DNA of 64,000 bases from Myxococcota bacterium (lineage in GTDB: Bacteria > Myxococcota_A > UBA796 > CAJQPC01). The notes beneath the pieces are model-generated. The model was not told where the DNA came from, ran no database searches, and saw only the letters and a program-made list of their open reading frames with translations. Of this stretch, positions 11,997 through 20,820 are shown in pieces (position 1 is the stretch's first letter; the number at the start of each line of letters is the position of its first letter). Made by a program: the position numbers and the translations under genes. The stretch is taken from positions 1 through 64,000 of the forward strand of contig JAZAMN010000062.1 in the NCBI GenBank assembly GCA_036229005.1, read 5' to 3'.

Positions 11997-12022
11997 GGGG
12001 GACGCGTCACTCTGGAGAGCGC

Positions 12023-13621
12023 ATGCACGTCACGCTGGTCAGTCCCTACCCGGACATCACCAACTACGGCCTCCGCACCCTGTCCGCCGTGCTCAAGCAA
12101 GCCGGCCACCAGGTGCGCTTCATCTGCATGCCGGACTTCGCTGGAGACGGCGAGTTCACCCACATCAACATGTCGGAAGAGCGCTACCCCGCCGAGGTCA
12201 TGGAGCAGTTCATCGAGCTGACGCGGGACACGGACCTTTTGGGCATCACCCTGATGACCCACTACTTCGACACCGCCAGGCAGCTCACCTACGCGGCGCG
12301 CGAGGCCCACGGGACCCCCGTGATCTGGGGCGGCTTCCACCCCTCGGTGCGTCCGGACGAGTGCGCCAAGCACGCCGAATACGTGGCCATCGGCGACGCT
12401 GAGGACCTGATCCTCAAGCTCTGCGAGCGCCTGGAGGCCGGCAAGGCCGATGACCTCCACGACATCAAGGGCCTGGTGTGGCGCAAGGGCGACCAGGTCG
12501 TGCGCAACGTGTCCGGGAGCCTGGAGCAGGACCTGGACCAGTACCCCTTCCCGGACTTCGGGCTGGACGACCACCACATCCTCTTCGAGGGCCAGCTCCT
12601 CCCGCTGACCTCCGACCTGCTGCAGCGCTACCTGCACAACGGCACGGTCAGCCGGATGTTCGGCAAGATCGGCTACCAGACCATGACCGGGCGCGGCTGC
12701 CCCCACGCCTGCACCTACTGCGGCAACAGCTTCTACCGGGACCTCTACAAGCGCCAGCGCTACGTGCGCTACCGCAGCGTCGAGAACGTCATCCAGGAGC
12801 TGGAGCAGGCCAAGGCGGCCTACCCCTTCATCAACTTCATCTGGTTCTCGGACGACAGCTTCTTTGGCCGGCCGCTGCCGGACATGCTGAACTTTGCCGA
12901 GCAGTACAAGAAGCGCATCGGCGACCCCTTCTACCTGCTGGGCTCCCCCGGCACGATCACCGAAGAGAAGTACGCCGCCCTGGTGGACGCCGGCCTGCAC
13001 TGCACCCAGATGGGCATCGAGCACGGCTCCAAGCGCATCCAGAAGCTCATGAAGCGCTCGACCATGGGCAACGAGAAGGTCCTGCGCAGCGCCGAGATCC
13101 TGACCAAGTACGCCGACCGCACCGCGCCTCCGCAGTACGACATCATCTACGACCTGCCCTACGAGACCATCGAGGACAAGCTGGACACCCTGCGTCTGGT
13201 CGCGGAGCTGCCCAAGCCCTACCGCCTGCAGGCCTTCTCGGTGATCTTCTACCCGGGCACCAGCCTGCACACGCTCGCCATGCGCGACGGCCTCGTCCAC
13301 GATGAGAAGGACGAGATCTACGACAAGATGTACTTCGAGAAGAACGACACCTACACCAACGTGTTGCTCTACCTCGCCAAGTCGGGCCGCTTCCCCAGCC
13401 CCCTGCTCAAGGTGCTGATCGACCGCCGCGTGGTGGACGCCGCGACCTCCGACTATGCCCGCCCCTTCGCCGCCATGGCCAAGGTGGGCGTCGGTCGTCT
13501 GCGGGCCCTGCTGCGCAACCCGGCGCTCGAGCGGGCCCGCGCTCTGGGGACCCTGCAGGCGCGCATGGAGGGCATGACCGGTGCCAACGCGGGCGCCGCT
13601 GCGCCCACGGCCGCCAAGTAG
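12023..13621 (+). CDS. B12-binding domain radical SAM protein
   Basis: N-terminal cobalamin-binding-like domain (VIWGGFHPS, IGDAE), CxxxCxxC motif GRGCPHACTYC, FSDDSF, MGIEHGS, YPGT. Confidence 0.92.
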   Translation: MHVTLVSPYPDITNYGLRTLSAVLKQAGHQVRFICMPDFAGDGEFTHINMSEERYPAEVMEQFIELTRDTDLLGITLMTHYFDTARQLTYAAREAHGTPVIWGGFHPSVRPDECAKHAEYVAIGDAEDLILKLCERLEAGKADDLHDIKGLVWRKGDQVVRNVSGSLEQDLDQYPFPDFGLDDHHILFEGQLLPLTSDLLQRYLHNGTVSRMFGKIGYQTMTGRGCPHACTYCGNSFYRDLYKRQRYVRYRSVENVIQELEQAKAAYPFINFIWFSDDSFFGRPLPDMLNFAEQYKKRIGDPFYLLGSPGTITEEKYAALVDAGLHCTQMGIEHGSKRIQKLMKRSTMGNEKVLRSAEILTKYADRTAPPQYDIIYDLPYETIEDKLDTLRLVAELPKPYRLQAFSVIFYPGTSLHTLAMRDGLVHDEKDEIYDKMYFEKNDTYTNVLLYLAKSGRFPSPLLKVLIDRRVVDAATSDYARPFAAMAKVGVGRLRALLRNPALERARALGTLQARMEGMTGANAGAAAPTAAK

Positions 13622-13628
13622 GGGGCGC

Positions 13629-14150
13629 TCAGTTCAGCTGGATCTTCGTCACCACGCCGTCCAGGCCCGCGCTCACGCTGATGTGCGGCTCCTTGAGGCG
13701 CAGGCTGGTGATGTAGAGCCGGCCGTCCAGCACCCGAACCTCGACCGAGCTCGCGCCGTCGCCGTAGTCCTGGATGAAGCAGGCCAGCGAGCTGCCCACG
13801 CCGTAGCCCTCGGGGCTGCGGTGCGCCGGGTCCTCCACGAACAATGAGCCCGGCCCCGTCTCGCCCTCGCGGTAGTGCCCGGAGATCCCTCCGGGCCAAT
13901 CGCAGAAGGTGGAGCCCTGGGTCACGGTGTCCTTGCCGCCCTCACAGGTGGGCTCGCCCAGGGCCTCGGTGAGCTGCTGAATGCTCATGCCCTCGCAGGC
14001 CCCCGCCACGCAGCTCTTCTGCAGGTCCAGCGTGGGCGCCGCGCTGGTCTTGGGGGTGCAGGCCGGCAGGGTCTCGATCAAGTCGGTCATGGCCAGGCCG
14101 GCCACGGGGGAGTCTTGAGCCAGCAGGGGCAACAGGAACAAGCTCAGCAT
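13629..14150 (-). CDS. Hypothetical exported protein
   Basis: Short hydrophobic N-terminus MLSLFLLPLLAQ, several Cys, GMSIQQLTEALGEP. Start trimmed to ATG 14150. Confidence 0.7.
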   Translation of the reverse strand: MLSLFLLPLLAQDSPVAGLAMTDLIETLPACTPKTSAAPTLDLQKSCVAGACEGMSIQQLTEALGEPTCEGGKDTVTQGSTFCDWPGGISGHYREGETGPGSLFVEDPAHRSPEGYGVGSSLACFIQDYGDGASSVEVRVLDGRLYITSLRLKEPHISVSAGLDGVVTKIQLN

Positions 14151-14226
14151 TTCAACGCTCCGGTGTCCGAACAGTGTACCGCTGCCACCCCCAGCGGATA
14201 GCTTCTCTGCCAACCAAGGAGCCCCC

Positions 14227-15354
14227 GTGCACATCTCCTCCAACTTCGACTCCGGCAACATCCAGGTCCTGGGCATCGACGGCGACACCGCCCGCCTGGC
14301 CATCCGCCCCGACGCCGGGGATGAGCACATGCAGTGGTTCCACTTCCGCCTCAGCGGGGTGGCCTCCCGCGCCGTGACCCTGCGCATCGAGAACGCCGGG
14401 AAGGCCAGCTACCCCTCGGCCTGGCCCGGCTACCAGGCACGCGCCAGCTCCGACCGCCAGGAGTGGCTGCAGGTCCCCACCAGCTACGCCGACGGCGTGC
14501 TCACCATCCAGCTCCAGCCCGAGGCCAACGTGGTCTGGGTCGCCTACTTCGCCCCCTACAGCCAGGAGCGCCACCACAACCTGCTGGCCAACGCCCAGGC
14601 CTGCGGCGCGCGCATGGAGACCCTGGGGCAGACCCTGGACGGGCGGGATCTGGACATGCTCGTGCTGGGCAGCGGCCCCCGCAAGCTCTGGGTCATCGCC
14701 CGCCAGCACCCCGGAGAGTCCATGGCCGAGTGGTGGATGGAGGGCTTCCTGGGCCGCCTGCTGGACGGTCAGGAGGAGGAGGACGGGGACCCCCAGGTCA
14801 CCGAGCTGCTCACCAACGCCACCCTCTATGTGGTCCCCAACATGAACCCCGACGGGTCCGCCCGAGGTCACCTGCGCGTGAACGCAAGCGGCGCGAACCT
14901 CAACCGCGAGTGGGAGAACCCCACGATGGAACGCAGCCCCGAGGTCAAGCTCGTGCGCGACGCCATGGACCGCCTGGGCTGCGACTTCTGCCTGGACGTG
15001 CACGGAGACGAGGAGCTGCCCTACAACTTCATCGCCGCCGCCGAGGGCATCGCCGGGTGGACCCCGCGCCTGGAGACTTTGACCCAGGACTTCTGCAACG
15101 TCTACGAGCAGGCCGACCCCGCCTTCCAGCAGGAGCACGGCTACCCCAAGGATGCCCCGGGCAAGGCCAACATGACCATGTGCACCAGCCAGGTCGCCCA
15201 GCGCTTTGACTGCCTGGCCATGACCCTGGAGATGCCCTTCAAGGACGACAACAACCACCCCGACGCCGAGCTGGGCTGGAGCCCCGAGCGCGCCATGGAG
15301 CTGGGCGCCAACGTGGTCTCGCCGATGGTGTCCGTGCTGGACGCGCTGCGCTGA
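14227..15354 (+). CDS. M14-type zinc (cytosolic) carboxypeptidase
   Basis: ISSNFDSGNI N-domain, ARQHPGE, PNMNPDG, NLNREW, LDVHGDE, TLEMPFKD. Confidence 0.93.
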   Translation: MHISSNFDSGNIQVLGIDGDTARLAIRPDAGDEHMQWFHFRLSGVASRAVTLRIENAGKASYPSAWPGYQARASSDRQEWLQVPTSYADGVLTIQLQPEANVVWVAYFAPYSQERHHNLLANAQACGARMETLGQTLDGRDLDMLVLGSGPRKLWVIARQHPGESMAEWWMEGFLGRLLDGQEEEDGDPQVTELLTNATLYVVPNMNPDGSARGHLRVNASGANLNREWENPTMERSPEVKLVRDAMDRLGCDFCLDVHGDEELPYNFIAAAEGIAGWTPRLETLTQDFCNVYEQADPAFQQEHGYPKDAPGKANMTMCTSQVAQRFDCLAMTLEMPFKDDNNHPDAELGWSPERAMELGANVVSPMVSVLDALR

Positions 15355-15478
15355 GGCCGGGCTGGCGCGGGCGAAAGTGTGTCGCTCGGCGCAAGGGTGA
15401 CCTCGCTGGTGGGACACAAGTAGCGAGCGGGTCCAGATGGGGGCCCGGCTCGTGTTGTGCCCTCAAGCTGGAGTCTCC

Positions 15479-15835
15479 TTGATCCTCTTCTTCCTCCTCA
15501 ATCTCGCCTGCGGCCCTGACTACAACGGCGTGTACGCCGCCTGTGATGTCCCCGATGACTGTTCGGGGATCGTCCCCGAGGAGGTCGACGCCGTCTGCCT
15601 CGACAAGTCCGGGCAGGGCTTCTGCACCTGGGACTGCGAGACCGACACCGACTGCGAGGGCGATCAGGACGAGGACGTGGACTTTGTCTGCGCGAGCTTC
15701 GAGAGCACGGAGGGGATGAGCTGCTTCCCTTCGTGCGAGGAGGGGGACACCGCTCAGGGCTCCTGCCCGGACGGCTACACCTGCCGCAGCACGGGTGGCG
15801 GCGAGGACAACCGCAGGGTCTGCTTCCCGGAGTAG
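15479..15835 (+). CDS. Small cysteine-rich lipoprotein
   Basis: TTG start after GGAG, ILFFLLNLAC lipobox, then many Cys in an acidic background. Confidence 0.75.
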   Translation: MILFFLLNLACGPDYNGVYAACDVPDDCSGIVPEEVDAVCLDKSGQGFCTWDCETDTDCEGDQDEDVDFVCASFESTEGMSCFPSCEEGDTAQGSCPDGYTCRSTGGGEDNRRVCFPE

Positions 15836-15857
15836 GGGCCCGGGTCGGGGAGCGGGC

Positions 15858-16397
15858 TCAGGCCGTGGCCTCGAAGAGCAGGCGCAGGACCAGGCTGGAC
15901 TGGCCGTCCAGGGCGAAGCCCACCCAGTCGTCGGCCTGAACGTCGGCGCCGAAGTGCTCCTGCGCGGCGAACAGGGGGATGTGGACCTTGGGGTTCAGGT
16001 CCTCCAGCGCCGGGCTGTCGGCGGCCACGTCCATGACCTGCTTGACCTGGTGCATCTCCCAGGCCTGGCCGTCCCACTCAAGCTCGACGTAGACGCCCTC
16101 GAAGTGGGCGCCGGCGGCCTCGCGCAGGGCCTCGACCATGGCGGCGGGGGCGGCCAGATCGGAGAGGCCCAGGTGGGCGGCGGCCGCGCAGAGGCGCTGC
16201 AGGGTGGGGAGCTGGAGCTGGAGGGCCTGCCCGTCCTTCTCCAGGATGTCCTCGCCGGGGTGGGCCAGGCTCAGGCGGAGCTCGGGCAACACGAGCTGGG
16301 CGCGGTGGGCCTTGGCGCTCTGAGGGGGCTGGATCCACACCCCCTGGATCGGGAAGTCCAGGGTGGCCAGGATGCGCCCCAGGCGGGGGTCGATCAC
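15858..16397 (-). CDS. Hypothetical protein with a NusA N-terminal-domain-like C-terminal half
   Basis: GTG start overlaps the enoyl-CoA hydratase stop. EALREAAGAHF...VKQVMDV...HIPLFAAQEHFGADVQADDWVGF resembles NusA_N (recognised by eye). Confidence 0.65.
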   Translation of the reverse strand: MIDPRLGRILATLDFPIQGVWIQPPQSAKAHRAQLVLPELRLSLAHPGEDILEKDGQALQLQLPTLQRLCAAAAHLGLSDLAAPAAMVEALREAAGAHFEGVYVELEWDGQAWEMHQVKQVMDVAADSPALEDLNPKVHIPLFAAQEHFGADVQADDWVGFALDGQSSLVLRLLFEATA

Positions 16398-17101
16398 CGC
16401 TTGCCCCCGAGCTGCGCGGCCAGGCGGGCCTTGAGCGCGGGGCTGGTCCACACGGGGACCACGGCGTCCAGATAGGTCTGCTCGTCGGCCTCGGAGATCT
16501 CCATCACGCCGGCGTGCAGGGTGGCCTTGGTCTCGGCGTAGACGGCGGCATCGTAGGCACGCAGGCGCTCCAGGGTGGCTCGGCCCGAGGCCAGGGCGTC
16601 GGCGCTGATCTCGTCGACCATGCCCAGGGCCTGGGCCTGCTGGGGGCCGTGGAGCTGGGCGCCGAGCAGGATGCGGTCGATGTGCTGCTTGGGCAGCTTG
16701 TGCTTCATCAGGTCCCAGACGCCGGGGGGGAAGAGCACGCCGACGGCGACCTCGCTCAGGCCGATGCGGATCTTGGGGTTGTCCTGGGCGACGCGGTGAT
16801 CGCAGGCCAGGGCCAGGATGGTGCCGCCCGCGATGGCGTGCCCGTCGATCACGGCCACGGTGGGGCGGGGCCAGTGGAACAGGCGTCGGGTGATGGCGTC
16901 GAGCAGGCGGAGGAAGTCCTCCATCTGCTGGTGGTCGAAGGCCAGGACCTCCTTGAGGTTGACGCCCGCCGAGAGGGCGCCGTTCTCACCGCGCAGGAGC
17001 AGGGACTGCCCCTCGAAGCGATCCATGCGCTCCATGAGGTCGGTGAGCATCGCGGTGCTCAGGGCGTTCTTGCCGGGCCCGTCGAGAACCAGCTCTTGCA
17101 T
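16394..17101 (-). CDS. Enoyl-CoA hydratase/isomerase family protein
   Basis: KNALS, LSAGVNLKE, PTVAVIDGHAIAGG, LACDHR, IGLSEVAVG. Confidence 0.92.
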   Translation of the reverse strand: MQELVLDGPGKNALSTAMLTDLMERMDRFEGQSLLLRGENGALSAGVNLKEVLAFDHQQMEDFLRLLDAITRRLFHWPRPTVAVIDGHAIAGGTILALACDHRVAQDNPKIRIGLSEVAVGVLFPPGVWDLMKHKLPKQHIDRILLGAQLHGPQQAQALGMVDEISADALASGRATLERLRAYDAAVYAETKATLHAGVMEISEADEQTYLDAVVPVWTSPALKARLAAQLGGKR

Positions 17102-17125
17102 GGGGAGCTCCTGTGAGCGGGGGAC

Positions 17126-17851
17126 TCAGAAGCTGTAGCGCAGCGAGGCCTGCAGGCCCAGCAGACCGCCGCTCCAGGCCTCGGCGCCGAGCTGCGCGGA
17201 GATCTCCGGGCGCCAGCGATGGACCACGCCGGCGGCGCCGCCCACGGCCCAGGGGGTGAGAAGGGGATCGCCCATTCGGCGGGCGCCCAGCAGCTCGGAG
17301 TAGGGGGCCCAGCTCTGGGGGCCCGGGCGCTCCAGGTGGAGGCCGGCCTGCCAGGTGCTCTGGTCCGGGGAGAGGCGGAAGCGGGTCACGCCGCCCAGCC
17401 AGCCGCGCTGCACGCCGGTGCCCAGGGTGAGCCCGAGCTGTCCGCTGCCGGCGAGGTTGCTGCCCAGGCCCAGCTCCAGGCGGGGGCTCCAGGTGGGCGT
17501 GGTGCTCTGCGCCTGCAGCTCGACCGGGGACAGGTCCAGGGTTGCGACGGCCACTAGCCCGGTGGGGCGGACCAGCAGTGCCTGGTGCGTGTCGGCGGAG
17601 CTCTCCAGGCCGCGCTGGGCGGTCGGAGGCAGCACGCTGTCGGCCTCTCCGAGCTCTTGCAGACGGGTGAACGCTCGCTCCGAGAGGGGCGAGGACGGGT
17701 ACTCCCGAATGAAGCCGCGCAGCGCATCGGCGTCGTCCTGGGGGAGCTCGCGCCAAGCCACGATGTCCTCGCCCGCGGCAAGCCGCGCCGAGTCCTGTGG
17801 TTGGGCCAGCGCCTCAGAGACGCCCGCTGCCGTGAGAAGTGCCAAAATCAC
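17126..17851 (-). CDS. Hypothetical exported protein, probable C-terminal outer-membrane beta-barrel
   Basis: Signal peptide, helical FIREYPSSPLSERA motif, amphipathic beta-strands, ends LRYSF. Confidence 0.65.
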   Translation of the reverse strand: MILALLTAAGVSEALAQPQDSARLAAGEDIVAWRELPQDDADALRGFIREYPSSPLSERAFTRLQELGEADSVLPPTAQRGLESSADTHQALLVRPTGLVAVATLDLSPVELQAQSTTPTWSPRLELGLGSNLAGSGQLGLTLGTGVQRGWLGGVTRFRLSPDQSTWQAGLHLERPGPQSWAPYSELLGARRMGDPLLTPWAVGGAAGVVHRWRPEISAQLGAEAWSGGLLGLQASLRYSF

Positions 17852-17898
17852 GACGGCCGGAGGTTAAGGCAGGCCTCCCCCCCGTGCAAGGCGATGAA

Positions 17899-18510
17899 AT
17901 GCTGACGCTCACCCTCCTCACCCTGGGTTCGGCCTGGGCCGCAGACGCCAAGCTCCGCGACGGCGAGATCGGCCTGCGCCTTGAGGCCCCCTTCACCGCC
18001 TCACCGAATGTCCAGGATCAAAGCCTGGGCCTGGGGCAGTCCCAGCTCCACTTCGGCTTCGAGGGGGAGTTCGCCGGAGCGGTCAACCAGCGCCTCTACC
18101 TGCTGGGTCGGGTGGGCAGCCGCCGGCAGTACCTGGCCTTCGAGGACGCGGACTACGAGCCCGATCAGGCCTTCGTGGAGTCGCGCAGCATGCGGGTGCT
18201 GGTGGGCGCGCAGTACAGCCTGCTGGACGCCCCCACCTTTGTGGTCCTGAGCGCCTCCGTGGGCATCTCCTCGTCCTACTGGGTCGCCCGGGTGGGCGCG
18301 GGCAGCGGCGATCGCAAGGGCTGGGGGCCGGCGGGCACCCTGGGCCTGGGGGTGGACCACTTCGTCAACCCGCGCTTCGCCATCACCGGCGAGCTCCGCG
18401 GGTGGGGGGAGCGCCAGCAGGCCGAGCAGATGAGCAGCGGCCCCTACGCCTTCACCTCGCCGTCCTACCGAGCGGGCGCCAGCCTGCTGGTGGGCATCAA
18501 GTTCCGCTGA
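17899..18510 (+). CDS. Putative small outer-membrane beta-barrel protein
   Basis: MLTLTLLTLGSAWA signal, alternating beta-strand pattern (LGLGVDHF, FAITGELRG), ends VGIKFR. Confidence 0.7.
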   Translation: MLTLTLLTLGSAWAADAKLRDGEIGLRLEAPFTASPNVQDQSLGLGQSQLHFGFEGEFAGAVNQRLYLLGRVGSRRQYLAFEDADYEPDQAFVESRSMRVLVGAQYSLLDAPTFVVLSASVGISSSYWVARVGAGSGDRKGWGPAGTLGLGVDHFVNPRFAITGELRGWGERQQAEQMSSGPYAFTSPSYRAGASLLVGIKFR

Positions 18511-18523
18511 GCTCCAAAGCCAC

Positions 18524-19198
18524 TCAGCGCTCCCCCGGGCAGATCTGCAGATCCCCCTCGGTGAAGCGGAAGCGCAGCCCCTGCTCGTCGCCCGCGCGGT
18601 GCAGGTAGCGCAGCTCGATGGGGTAGACGCCCGGCCGCAGCTCGATGCTGTGGAGCTGCGGGTCGTAGGGGCTGTCGTGGAGCTCGATCACCCGGGTCTG
18701 GCCGATGTCCAGCCACACATCGCTGCTCGCCCCCAGCACGAAGGGGTAGGTCGTCCGGTCGGTCACCCGCAGCCAGGCCCAGAAGCGCACCGCGAAGTAG
18801 CGGGGGTCTTCAGGCCACCCCTCGTCCACCGGCGCCCAGCCGGGCCCGTACTCCAGGCTGTGCTCGAAGGAGGAGAAGGAGACCTCGTCCCACCAGCCCT
18901 GATCCTCCACCGCCTGGGGCTGTGCGGTGTCCCCAGAATCCACGACAACCCCGGTGTCAACGAGGACAGGCTGAGGCAGCTCCGCCAGCACCCCGGGGTG
19001 GTCCACCGCCAGGTTCGAGTAGCTGGCCATCCAGCCCTGCGTGCAGCGCTCCCAGTCCGGGGGCTCGCCGAAGGGGTGGGGCTCCGCCTCCGGCGGGTCT
19101 TCGGGCGGGGTTGGGGGCGCCTTCTGGACGGAGTAGTCCGAGCAGGCCGCGAGCAGCAGCAGCCCCAAGAGGTGGGCCCCAGAGCGCGCAGGGCTCAC
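18524..19198 (-). CDS. PA14-like domain lipoprotein
   Basis: LLLLAAC lipobox. FAVRFWAWLRV...YPFVLGASSDVWLDIG...LRPGVYPIELRY fits the PA14 pattern. GTGA overlap with the upstream gene. Confidence 0.75.
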   Translation of the reverse strand: MSPARSGAHLLGLLLLAACSDYSVQKAPPTPPEDPPEAEPHPFGEPPDWERCTQGWMASYSNLAVDHPGVLAELPQPVLVDTGVVVDSGDTAQPQAVEDQGWWDEVSFSSFEHSLEYGPGWAPVDEGWPEDPRYFAVRFWAWLRVTDRTTYPFVLGASSDVWLDIGQTRVIELHDSPYDPQLHSIELRPGVYPIELRYLHRAGDEQGLRFRFTEGDLQICPGER

Positions 19199-19536
19199 TC
19201 GGCCCTCCTCAGGTCGCAGTCCACCCACTCCTGCAGGCGCTCCAGCTCCAGGGCCGTCGGGCCGCCCCCGGGGGGCATCTCGGGCAGCTCCGGGTCCAGG
19301 GTGCGCGCCTGGATGCGCTCGGTCCACAGCACCGCGTCCGCGTAGGTGTCCAGGTCCACCCCCACGGGGGCCCCGAAGCGCCGGCTGGGCTCCAGCAGGC
19401 TGCCGTGGCAGCTCGTGCAGTAGCGCTCCAGGAAGGGCTCTCCGAAGTTGTGATAGCTCAGGGCCGGATCCCGCTGGGCGCAGGGATCCGCGGTGTCTTC
19501 GGGCTGCGCACAGCCCAGCAGCAGGGCCAGGATCAT
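19195..19536 (-). CDS. Small c-type cytochrome lipoprotein
   Basis: MILALLLGC, heme motif YCTSCH, GAP.GV.LD, distal EMPP. ATGA overlap with the upstream gene. Confidence 0.85.
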   Translation of the reverse strand: MILALLLGCAQPEDTADPCAQRDPALSYHNFGEPFLERYCTSCHGSLLEPSRRFGAPVGVDLDTYADAVLWTERIQARTLDPELPEMPPGGGPTALELERLQEWVDCDLRRAE

Positions 19537-20810
19537 CGCAGCAGGCCGTCCAGCGCGGGGATGCCGGGGCGGTGGACCTCGGGATCCAGGCCGCCGAGTT
19601 TGAGCAGGGCGGCGCCCACGTGCTCGGTGCCCAGGGTCTCCCCGCTGTCGGAGGGCTGCCCGGTGCTCAGGTCCACCGGCAGGGCGATGAAGCGGTCGTC
19701 GGTCGCCCCGCAGACGTGGTTGCCGCGGATCCCGCTGCCCAGGGCCAGCATCGAGGTGTAGGGCCAGTGGTCCCGACCCATCGCGCCGTTGAACATGGGC
19801 GTGCGGCCCAGCTCGCTGGTGGCGACCACGGTGACCTCGTCGATCAGCCACTCGGCGTCCCGACCGGGGGTGGTCGCCAGGTGGGTCATGAGCTGGTCCA
19901 GCGCGTCAAAGAGCGTGTCCATCTGGGGGCCCACGTTCTGGTTGCCGCCGTGGGTGTCCCAGCCGCCGGGGATGCCCACCATGCCGCAGCGGGACAGGCC
20001 CAGGCGCATCAGCTCGGTGGCCATCAGGCACTGGTCCAGGAAGTCGCCGCCGCCGCTGTCCAGGCCGGCCTCGAAGCGGCGGCCCTCCAGCTCCTCGGCG
20101 CGGTCCAGGCTGGCCAGCAGGTCCTCGGCCCGGCGCTGGCCCAGGCCCTCGCGGGAGTCGGCGAAGGCCAGGGCGCGCTCGTAGACCAGCGCGTCGGCCA
20201 TTGCGTCCGAGGGGGTGGGGACCACCGGGGCAGGGGAGTCGGACTCACCGACAATGCTGCCGTCCATCAGGCGCAGCAGGGTGCCGCCGCCGCCGCGCAC
20301 CAGCGATGCGCCCTGGTTGCCGCCGAAGGCCGGCCCGGAGAACACCACGTGGGGCATGGGGTACTCCTGGGCCGCGTAGGCAGCCAGCAGGGTGGGCCAG
20401 TCCGCCAGGGAGCTGGCCGAGCTGCCGGTCATCATCCACTGGCGCCCGCTGGAGTGGCCGGCGCTGTGCACGTTGACCCCGCGGATCAAGGCGGTGCGGT
20501 TGATCCAGCGGGAGAAGAACAGGTCCATGGCCGGCCGGTCGGCGCCGGAGCTCCAGCTCAGGTTGCCCAGCTCCCCCCGCACGGTGTCGGGGTCCATGTC
20601 GGTGCCCTCGACGGGCGAGAAGCCATCGGCCGCGAACTTGGGATCCAGCGGGGTGGCGTCCCAGCCTCCTCCCGCAAAGAGGAAGAGGAACTTGCGCTCT
20701 CCGCGGTTGTTGGCGGCGCGCGCGGGGCGGGCGCGCACGGTCTCGCCCAGGGTGGCGGCGGCCCAGAGAGCCGCTGCGCCTTGCATCCATCGACGTCGGG
20801 TGGGGGTCAT
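19533..20810 (-). CDS. DUF1501-family protein with Tat signal
   Basis: TRRRWMQG Tat-like signal, FLFLFAGGGWD, GGWDTH, VVATSELGRTP, GRDHW. Confidence 0.85.
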   Translation of the reverse strand: MTPTRRRWMQGAAALWAAATLGETVRARPARAANNRGERKFLFLFAGGGWDATPLDPKFAADGFSPVEGTDMDPDTVRGELGNLSWSSGADRPAMDLFFSRWINRTALIRGVNVHSAGHSSGRQWMMTGSSASSLADWPTLLAAYAAQEYPMPHVVFSGPAFGGNQGASLVRGGGGTLLRLMDGSIVGESDSPAPVVPTPSDAMADALVYERALAFADSREGLGQRRAEDLLASLDRAEELEGRRFEAGLDSGGGDFLDQCLMATELMRLGLSRCGMVGIPGGWDTHGGNQNVGPQMDTLFDALDQLMTHLATTPGRDAEWLIDEVTVVATSELGRTPMFNGAMGRDHWPYTSMLALGSGIRGNHVCGATDDRFIALPVDLSTGQPSDSGETLGTEHVGAALLKLGGLDPEVHRPGIPALDGLLR

Positions 20811-20820
20811 GGGCGGCTCC

